Assembly (NCBI GenBank): GCA_016779935.1
Contig: JADHMQ010000001.1
Coordinates: forward strand, 128,369 to 192,368
Reading direction: 5' to 3'
Source: Flavobacteriales bacterium
GTDB lineage: Bacteria; Bacteroidota; Bacteroidia; Flavobacteriales; UBA7312
DNA: 64,000 nt
Shown: positions 57,101 through 64,000 of the stretch, piece by piece
Position numbering within the stretch: the first letter of the stretch is position 1
Layout: every line of letters starts with the position of its first letter
Program-made: the position numbers and the translations under genes
Notes under the pieces: generated by a model
Databases searched by the model: none
What the model was told of the DNA's origin: nothing
The model's input: the letters and a program-made list of their open reading frames with translations, nothing else

Positions 57101-58044
57101 TATTTTAAAATTAAATCCTCGTCAAACCGATAACCTCTTAAAAAGTCATGGGTTTTCATTTTTTTCTTTCCAGAAAGCTGTATTTCATGAAGGTGAATAT
57201 AACCACCATTTACTGCTACTTTTAATTCATTTTTTCCATCCGTAAAGATTTTTCCCACACGTTCAGAATGGCTTACTTTTTCGATAGAAGATTTGAAAAC
57301 TTTTATGTTTTTTTTCTGCTCTTCATCAATAAATGTCCAAGCAGTTGGGTAGGGAGAAAGCCCTCTAATAAAATTATGAATGTCTTCTAAGCTATCTGTC
57401 CAATTAATTTTACAGTCTTTTTTAAATATTTTTGGTGCTTGTGTTGCCTTCCCTTTTTGGCTAGTTCCATCGGTAGTGCCTTTACTTATTTTGTCAATAG
57501 TTTTACAAACTAATTTACCACCAACGTCCATTAGTTTATCGTGAAGTTGCCCAGCATTGTCATCTTTCTCAATACTTACTTTTTCTTGTAAGATGATGTT
57601 TCCAGTGTCTATTTCTTTTTCAATGAAAAAAGTAGTTACACCACTTTCATTTTCGCCGTTTATGATTGCCCAATTAATGGGTGCAGCACCTCTGTATTTT
57701 GGTAATAATGAAGTGTGTAAATTAAGTGTGCCTATGGATGGCATATTCCAGATTATTTCAGGTAACATTCTGAATGCCACAACGACTTGAATGTCTGCCT
57801 TCAAGGTTTTTAATTCTTCTATAAAATCTGAATCTTTTAGGTTTGTGGGTTGCATAAGGTATAAACCCTTTTCAACAGCATATTCTTTCACTGAGGAATA
57901 GTTGATTTTCTGTCCTCTACCAGATGGTCTGTCTGGAGCAGTTATCACACCAACCACATTATATCCAGATTCTATGAGCAATCTCAAGGAATGGGTAGCA
58001 AATTCTGGAGTACCCATGAACACAATTCTAAGGTTTGATTTCAT
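57100..58044 (-). CDS. fmt: Methionyl-tRNA formyltransferase
   Basis: 'IVFMGTPEFA', 'NLHTSLLPKYRGAAPINWAI' and a C-terminal formyltransferase domain. Confidence 0.95.
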   Translation of the reverse strand: MKSNLRIVFMGTPEFATHSLRLLIESGYNVVGVITAPDRPSGRGQKINYSSVKEYAVEKGLYLMQPTNLKDSDFIEELKTLKADIQVVVAFRMLPEIIWNMPSIGTLNLHTSLLPKYRGAAPINWAIINGENESGVTTFFIEKEIDTGNIILQEKVSIEKDDNAGQLHDKLMDVGGKLVCKTIDKISKGTTDGTSQKGKATQAPKIFKKDCKINWTDSLEDIHNFIRGLSPYPTAWTFIDEEQKKNIKVFKSSIEKVSHSERVGKIFTDGKNELKVAVNGGYIHLHEIQLSGKKKMKTHDFLRGYRFDEDLILK

Positions 58045-58065
58045 ATGTTGACGAAATTACACTTT

Positions 58066-59970
58066 TTATGATACCCAATACAGTTTCTTTTCCTCGTTAA
58101 ATGCGATTTGCCCGTTATCACTTAAAAACTGTAATACTTCTATCATTTTATCTTCTCTAAATTCTACAATTTTTAAGATGATTTGATCAACCGACATAGG
58201 CTCTTTTTCAATCAATTCCTTTATGGCATTCATAATGATATCAAATTCTTGGTTACTGATTTTCAACTTGTTTTTTTCAAGGCAAACATCGCACTTTCCA
58301 CATTTCTCCAAAGTGTCATCTCCAAAATAATCTTGAAGAAAGCTACTTCTACAATAGTGTTGATTGCTGACATACTCTATAACCGAATTTGCTTTATATT
58401 CTTCGTTATTTTTTCTCTTTACTAAAGACTCTTTAGAAATGCTAAGGTTTTTTGCTTCAACTCTTTGTTTTAGGAATAGTATTTTGGGGTTGCTGTTTTG
58501 TGGTATATAATCCAAAATATCCATTTCCTTTAATTTCTTCAAAAGGCTTTTTACTTCTTGGGTAGTGAGTTGTGCTCGTTTGGCAATAATGCTCTCTTGT
58601 ATTTTTGTGAAGGCTTCAAATAGCGTTCCATATGAACGAAGCAATATTTTAAGCATTAAATCATACGCTTTGTTAGCAATTTGAAATTGGTATAGTTCAG
58701 AATGAGAAACTTTAAAATGTATTCGTGAAGGTTGATTTATTGCTTCACTTAACTTAATATATTCTTCCCTTTCTAATAGTTTGAGCGTATTAAACGTTTT
58801 GAGATAATTTAAAGAATATTTTTCGCAGAACTCACTAATGTGGAAGGGGTGTTCAGAGTACTGTCCGCTACCACTTGCAATTCCATAGTAGTTTGCTAAT
58901 TGTTGATAGACATTCCTTATTTCTTCAATATCAGGATAATGATTTTCAATGTCTTTTTTTAATTCGTGTACATCTAGTTTATTGCATATTACGATAGCAT
59001 AGGAAAGTTTTTTATCTCTTCCAGCTCTTCCAGCCTCTTGGTAATATGCTTCCAAAGAAGAAGGGATGAAGTTATGTATAACGAGTCTGACGTCAGGCTT
59101 ATCAATTCCCATTCCAAAAGCATTGGTAGCTACCATAACTCTGACATGATTAAGTAGCCATTGTTTTTGTTTTGACTCTCTATCAACGATGTCTAAGCCT
59201 CCATGATAGAAATGGGATGAAATCCCATGTTCTGATAAAAGAGTGTGAACTCTCTTAGTTTCCTTTCTAGTTCTACAGTAAATTATTGCTGACCCCTTTA
59301 CTCTGTTCAAAACCTGAATAATCTTACTATCTTTCTCTTCTTGATCAAGTACTACATATGAAAGTTCTTTCCTGTAAAAACTACTTTTAACAACTTTTTT
59401 AGTTCTAAACTCTAGTTTCTCTTGTATATCTTCTACAACAGTTTTTGTTGCTGAAGCCGTTAAAGCCACTATTGGAGCGTCGCTTATCTTTCTAATGTTT
59501 GAAATTTTGAGGTACGATGGTCTAAAATTATAGCCCCATTCTGAAATACAATGGGATTCGTCTACAGCTATGAGGTTAATATTCATTTTTTCAAGCCTCA
59601 CTTTCACCATTTCATTTTCCAGACGTTCTGGAGAGAGGTATAAAAACTTATAGTTTCCATAAATGCAGTTATCTAGAGTGATATCTAATTCAGAATGAGA
59701 CATTCCAGATGTAATAGCAACAGCTCTAATGTTTTTAGATTTAAGTGTATTAACTTGATCATTCATAAGGGCTATAAGAGGTGATACAACTATACAAATA
59801 CCTTCCATCATCATAGTAGGGACTTGAAAGCATATGGACTTTCCTCCTCCAGTAGGTAATAGCACAAGAGTGTCATTACCTTCAAGAATTGAATGAATAA
59901 CATCAAGTTGAGAACTTCTAAAAGAATCAAAGCCCCAATATTGTTTCAATATTTTTTCTGGACTTAACAT
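58066..59970 (-). CDS. recQ: RecQ-family ATP-dependent DNA helicase
   Basis: 'WGFDSFR..Q', 'LPTGGGKS', 'AVDESHCISEWGYNFRPSY' and 'ATNAFGMGIDKPDVR'. Confidence 0.9.
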   Translation of the reverse strand: MLSPEKILKQYWGFDSFRSSQLDVIHSILEGNDTLVLLPTGGGKSICFQVPTMMMEGICIVVSPLIALMNDQVNTLKSKNIRAVAITSGMSHSELDITLDNCIYGNYKFLYLSPERLENEMVKVRLEKMNINLIAVDESHCISEWGYNFRPSYLKISNIRKISDAPIVALTASATKTVVEDIQEKLEFRTKKVVKSSFYRKELSYVVLDQEEKDSKIIQVLNRVKGSAIIYCRTRKETKRVHTLLSEHGISSHFYHGGLDIVDRESKQKQWLLNHVRVMVATNAFGMGIDKPDVRLVIHNFIPSSLEAYYQEAGRAGRDKKLSYAIVICNKLDVHELKKDIENHYPDIEEIRNVYQQLANYYGIASGSGQYSEHPFHISEFCEKYSLNYLKTFNTLKLLEREEYIKLSEAINQPSRIHFKVSHSELYQFQIANKAYDLMLKILLRSYGTLFEAFTKIQESIIAKRAQLTTQEVKSLLKKLKEMDILDYIPQNSNPKILFLKQRVEAKNLSISKESLVKRKNNEEYKANSVIEYVSNQHYCRSSFLQDYFGDDTLEKCGKCDVCLEKNKLKISNQEFDIIMNAIKELIEKEPMSVDQIILKIVEFREDKMIEVLQFLSDNGQIAFNEEKKLYWVS

Positions 59971-59987
59971 CTTTACGAAGATATGAA

Positions 59988-60494
59988 TTAGATTCTATTT
60001 AGAATGAAATCAATTCGTTCTTCTAGTGTAGTTTTTGGAACCTCTATTAAAGAATAGTCGTATTTGGTGTAAGCTTCTATCAGATAACTATGAATATCAA
60101 CGGCTTCCTTATAATCTTCAACCCTTTCATTGTCGGTTTCATAAATATCATGCCAAGGGGGTAAAATGAAAATTTTTGTAAAGTATTTGTGTTGTTTACA
60201 ATCTTTGTGCATGTTTTCAGAAATGGTAAGCTTGTTTTTAGTCAAATAAGCTAAGTTATCAATCATACTTCTATCGTAGAATTGAAGTTCTTTTGATGCA
60301 TCTAAAAAATCTTTTTTTCTATGGTTAAAGACTTCATCTTCAAAGTTAAAATCTTTGAAAGATGTTGATATTTCCATTCGTTTAATAAGCTGTCTTGAAA
60401 CTTCTTCATAGCAAGGGTAACCTTTTTGTTTTAACTCGTCTATAAGACTAGTTTTACCACTACCAGGACATCCTGTGATAACTACCCTTTTCAT
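59988..60494 (-). CDS. AAA_28-type small P-loop ATPase
   Basis: 'VVITGCPGSGKTSL' Walker A, 168 aa. Confidence 0.65.
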   Translation of the reverse strand: MKRVVITGCPGSGKTSLIDELKQKGYPCYEEVSRQLIKRMEISTSFKDFNFEDEVFNHRKKDFLDASKELQFYDRSMIDNLAYLTKNKLTISENMHKDCKQHKYFTKIFILPPWHDIYETDNERVEDYKEAVDIHSYLIEAYTKYDYSLIEVPKTTLEERIDFILNRI

Positions 60495-61204
60495 TATAGG
60501 AATGTACTTAATAGGGCAATGCTTGTTCCTAATATAATAGCTAATATTTTTTGACTATTGAAGTGATGTCCTTCACTGCTTTCAAAAAGAATTGTAGTAG
60601 AAATATGAAGAAAAATTCCAATTACGATTGCCATTATTTCATGGTAATAACCTGAAATATTACTAATGTATTGACTAAAAAAAGAACCAAGAGGTGTTGT
60701 TAAAGCAAATATTACTACGAAAAGAAATATTCTAGCTTTACTCATTTTACTTTGTATGAGCATATGGGTTAGGACAATGCCTACAGGTATTTTATGTAAT
60801 ACAATTGCAGAAAGTAGAGAGTCGTGAGTGTGGGCATTTACATGGTTGTGGTGTGGTGTTCCTAAAGGCATTCCTTCAATAAATGAGTGAATACACAAGC
60901 CTATCATTATACTAATTGGTATACTTCCATGGATGTGTCCATGTCCGTGTTCAACACCTTGAGAAAAGTGTTCTAGTATTATTTGAATGAAAAAACCAAT
61001 TAAAACGAAAAGACCAATGACATGGTTATTCTCATTATTAAATGTCTCAGGCATAAGATGAAGAACAGTTATAGAAAACAAATATGCTCCACTGAACGAA
61101 ATCAACAATTTTGTTGTTTTATTTGAGATGTTTTTAAAATAGAAAGCAATAAATGCTCCTATAAAAACTGAGAGAAAAAGAACTATATAGTTGGTTAAAC
61201 TCAT
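60494..61204 (-). CDS. ZIP-family metal cation transporter
   Basis: Multiple TM helices, a His-rich loop 'GVEHGHGHIHG' and the 'HSFIEGMPLG' ZIP signature. Confidence 0.8.
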   Translation of the reverse strand: MSLTNYIVLFLSVFIGAFIAFYFKNISNKTTKLLISFSGAYLFSITVLHLMPETFNNENNHVIGLFVLIGFFIQIILEHFSQGVEHGHGHIHGSIPISIMIGLCIHSFIEGMPLGTPHHNHVNAHTHDSLLSAIVLHKIPVGIVLTHMLIQSKMSKARIFLFVVIFALTTPLGSFFSQYISNISGYYHEIMAIVIGIFLHISTTILFESSEGHHFNSQKILAIILGTSIALLSTFL

Positions 61205-61926
61205 TTCTGTAAAAGTAATATTAGTCGTTGTGAATTAATTGCGTCAAAGTCATTAAAATCATAATCACCCCACAAATTTATAAATTTTAATCCGGCTTTA
61301 TCTACTAAATCTTTGAAATCGTTCAGTGTCAGAGCTCTAACCTTTTCCTCAAAGTGATACGATTGATTATTATCGACGAATTTTATGTCTTTTATGATGT
61401 AGCCCTTTTCCACTTTTCTGTTAATTTTAAACAGAAGATGTTCGACTTTTTTATCTTCTTTTTCAACTAAATTGGAAATGACTTTTTTTGCATTCATAAA
61501 GTCAATGACTATTCGGCCTCCCTTTTTAAGGTTCTCTGACATGGCTTTTATAGCATCTTCATTCTCTTTATCACTCTTGAAATAGCCAAAACTTGTGAAT
61601 AGATTTAGGATAAAGTCAAACTCTTCTTTTTTGTAGACTTTTCTCATGTCATGAACATTAAAATGAAGGCGTTCATTAGAGAATGAGTTGGCGTAATCTA
61701 TACTTTCCTTTGATAAATCTATTCCTTCTACTTTAAATCCTTTTTCATTAATAGATACAGAGTGTCTGCCTTTACCGCATGCAATATCTAAGAAAGAATG
61801 ATTAGGAGAGGGGTTTAATTGCTCTATTAGATTAGAGATAAATTTATCAGCTTCACTAAAGTCGCGGTCTTTATAAAGAAGGTGATAGTATGGGCTGTTA
61901 AACCAAGTGTCGAACCAATTTTTCAT
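61201..61926 (-). CDS. Class I SAM-dependent methyltransferase
   Basis: 'FLDIACGKGRHS' motif I and the 'FDFILNLFTSFGYF' post-I region. Confidence 0.75.
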   Translation of the reverse strand: MKNWFDTWFNSPYYHLLYKDRDFSEADKFISNLIEQLNPSPNHSFLDIACGKGRHSVSINEKGFKVEGIDLSKESIDYANSFSNERLHFNVHDMRKVYKKEEFDFILNLFTSFGYFKSDKENEDAIKAMSENLKKGGRIVIDFMNAKKVISNLVEKEDKKVEHLLFKINRKVEKGYIIKDIKFVDNNQSYHFEEKVRALTLNDFKDLVDKAGLKFINLWGDYDFNDFDAINSQRLILLLQK

Positions 61927-61973
61927 TCCTCAAATATAAATTTATTAACGTATTATTTGACTAACTTCGCCCA

Positions 61974-63155
61974 ATGATAAATATTACAAGAAATAACTTT
62001 CGGATGATTGCTAAAACTCAACTCGGTTTAGAGGAGGTTTTAGCAGATGAGCTTAAGCAGTTAGGGGCAATGGATGTTGAAGTTTTAAATAGAGCCGTTA
62101 GTTTTGTTGGTGATATTGGCTTTATGTACAAAGCAAATCTTAATCTAAGAACTGCTATTCGAATTCTTAAGCCAGTTTTTAACTTTACTGCTCGAAAGGA
62201 TGTGGAGTTGTATGAAAAAGCTCTAGAACTTGATTGGCAAAAATATATAAGTGTTGATAATACTATAGCTGTAAGTGCTGTGGTTCACTCTGATTTTTTC
62301 AATCATAGTCATTATGTAGCTCTTAAAGTAAAAGACGCTATCGTTGATTATTTTAGAAATTTAACTAAGGGGAGAAGACCTGATGTTGATACTAAAAATC
62401 CTGATATCAGAATTAATATTCACGTGTCTAACGACAAATGCACATTGTCTCTTGATAGTTCGGGAGAATCTCTTCATAAAAGAGGGTATAGGCATGCAAC
62501 TAATGAGGCTCCTATTAGTGAAGTGTTAGCAGCAGGATTGATTTTACTTAGTGATTGGGATAGACAAAGTGACTTTTTAGATCCAATGTGTGGTTCTGGA
62601 ACGATTTTAATTGAAGCAGCTATGATTGCTTGTAACATTCCTCCAGCACTTCATAGAAAGAAATTCTGTTTTATGAATTGGAATGATTTTGATGAACCTT
62701 TATGGGAAAAGATTAAAGAAGTTTCCATGAAAAAGGTCTCTGATTTCGAGGGTAGGATTATTGGTTGTGATAGAGCCTTTGCTTCAGTTAGAAAAGCACA
62801 GGAAAACATTAAAGATGCTATGCTTGATGATATTATTGAGATTAAGCGATCTAATTTTGTGAGAAAGCCTGAGTTGCTTCCTAATGGTGGAACTATATTA
62901 TTTAACCCACCATATGGCGAACGACTAAATGTGGACACTCATGAGCTTTATGCGAGTATTGGGGATACCTTTAAAAAGAATTATGCCGGTTGCTCAGCAT
63001 GGTTAATTACATCCGATTTGGAAGCCGTTAATAGTATACATCTAAAGCATACTAGACGAATTAAAATATTCAATGGCAATTTAGAGTGTCGTTTCTTAAA
63101 ATACGAAATGTATGATGGCTCTAAAAAACTAAGCAAACAAAAAGCGACTGAATAG
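61974..63155 (+). CDS. THUMP-domain class I SAM-dependent RNA methyltransferase (UPF0020/RlmL-like)
   Basis: N-terminal THUMP-like region, 'DPMCGSGTILIEAA' motif I and 'NPPYGERL' motif IV. Confidence 0.8.
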   Translation: MINITRNNFRMIAKTQLGLEEVLADELKQLGAMDVEVLNRAVSFVGDIGFMYKANLNLRTAIRILKPVFNFTARKDVELYEKALELDWQKYISVDNTIAVSAVVHSDFFNHSHYVALKVKDAIVDYFRNLTKGRRPDVDTKNPDIRINIHVSNDKCTLSLDSSGESLHKRGYRHATNEAPISEVLAAGLILLSDWDRQSDFLDPMCGSGTILIEAAMIACNIPPALHRKKFCFMNWNDFDEPLWEKIKEVSMKKVSDFEGRIIGCDRAFASVRKAQENIKDAMLDDIIEIKRSNFVRKPELLPNGGTILFNPPYGERLNVDTHELYASIGDTFKKNYAGCSAWLITSDLEAVNSIHLKHTRRIKIFNGNLECRFLKYEMYDGSKKLSKQKATE

Positions 63156-63166
63156 TCGCTTTTTTA
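63141..63166. terminator. Bidirectional hairpin terminator between convergent genes
   Basis: AAAGCGACT-GAAT-AGTCGCTTT is a 9-bp stem flanked by A/T runs. It overlaps the stop of the THUMP gene. Confidence 0.65.
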
Positions 63167-63190
63167 TTTGCTTATAATTTTGATATAGGA

Positions 63191-64000
63191 TTATAAACCA
63201 ATTAATTCTTTAGCTTTTTTGATAGATATTTGCTCATTATTGTAGAATGCAATTGGGTAACATCCGTCATAGCCCATTTTAGTTACTTTCTCAAGTCTTA
63301 GCATAGCTGCCTGAATGTTTGTAAATGTGCCTGTAGTATATCTGAAAATACCATCTGATATTTCTGTTTTCTCAACACCTTCCAGTTCATTTATTTTGGC
63401 AATTTCTACAACTTCTTTATTACTGTAAATCCCAAGTTGTACCTTAAAGATTACATCACCATATACTGATGCGTTTTCTTCAGTATAACCGATATCCATA
63501 TATTCTTTAGCATCTACTAATTCACCTTCTTTGATAGCTACAACTTTAGCGTTTTCATAGCTCATGAAGTAAAGCTCATTTCTTCTTTCTAGGGCTTCTT
63601 CATACGATGAGTAACCTTCAGTAAATACATGCTTGAATCCTTCATTATCTTCAAAGATGACTAATTCATCTAAATCATAGAAATCAAGGTCAACTTCTTT
63701 TAATACATCCAATTGAACTCGGAATACGATATCCTGAAGTGGAGGTAAGTCTTCAAGTTTAGCTGATGCTCTTAAGTTTTTCTCTCTTTTAATCTCTTCA
63801 GAGGTTACTTTTCTCAAATCACCTTGTCTGTCTTCAACAATATAGGTATTTGAATAACCACTATTGATTAGTTGTTTTTGACGTTGATAAGCCTTCATTA
63901 AATCCTCGAATTCACCAGAGTAGTAAGAAGTATGATCGCCTTCGATAGTACTCTTAATGTTGCTGATACTCATTAATCTATTTATCTCTGAAGCATCCAT
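63191..64000 (-). CDS. Hypothetical protein with repeated SPOR-like modules (5' end may lie beyond the window)
   Basis: Repeated 'F(R/K)VQL....' modules and a C-terminal 'FRYTTGTF.N...A...L..V...GY..' SPOR-like segment. The ATG at 63998-64000 coincides with the window edge. Confidence 0.5.
   Translation of the reverse strand: MDASEINRLMSISNIKSTIEGDHTSYYSGEFEDLMKAYQRQKQLINSGYSNTYIVEDRQGDLRKVTSEEIKREKNLRASAKLEDLPPLQDIVFRVQLDVLKEVDLDFYDLDELVIFEDNEGFKHVFTEGYSSYEEALERRNELYFMSYENAKVVAIKEGELVDAKEYMDIGYTEENASVYGDVIFKVQLGIYSNKEVVEIAKINELEGVEKTEISDGIFRYTTGTFTNIQAAMLRLEKVTKMGYDGCYPIAFYNNEQISIKKAKELIGL

Noticed and set aside
1-64000. CRISPR arrays, rRNA or tRNA genes, IS elements or transposases
   Set aside because: The intergenic spaces are short. 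The few gaps longer than 100 nt were read individually, and none shows spaced direct repeats, a cloverleaf or terminal inverted repeats flanking a transposase-like ORF.

Overview
The window looks like a chromosomal segment of a Flavobacteriia-like Bacteroidota genome. Support for that: T9SS C-terminal sorting domains, porQ-cmk-ispH synteny, TAnnTTTG-type -7 promoter boxes and an nqrABCDEF operon. It is densely coding with about 60 CDS, mostly housekeeping. These include Na+-NQR with apbE and nqrM, a methylmalonyl-CoA mutase with meaB, pruA, hemN, tgt, mazG, rsmG, split transketolase, ychF, lon, cmk, ispH, pdxH, fmt and recQ. I saw no rRNA, tRNA, CRISPR array, transposase or integrase. Two visibly AT-rich accessory insertions stand out. 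(1) 5381-10500 is a tightly packed four-gene, same-strand defence-type island made of two tandem modules. The first pairs an EcoRI-family N6A methylase with a frameshifted DUF262(DGQQR)-HNH protein. The second pairs a beta-class SPPY methylase with a 596-aa DGQHR/DndB-like protein that has none of the usual dnd/dpd partners. The second pair is my best candidate for an undescribed restriction or defence system. (2) 29074-31471 carries a divergent pair of small HTH genes and a tail-fibre-like surface protein, whose C-terminus is put out of frame by an (AGAAC)x3 repeat. Other points worth a second look: a TlpA-like thioredoxin-fold lipoprotein with an in-frame TGA exactly at the first Cys of its CxxC motif (selenocysteine candidate); a promoter-to-U-tract structured RNA of about 130 nt downstream of hemN; a doubly disrupted trmH; a fused MutA-like/MutB mutase; and a perfect sigma-54 -24/-12 element upstream of lon. 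All functional calls come from motif recognition by eye and none were verified by database search.
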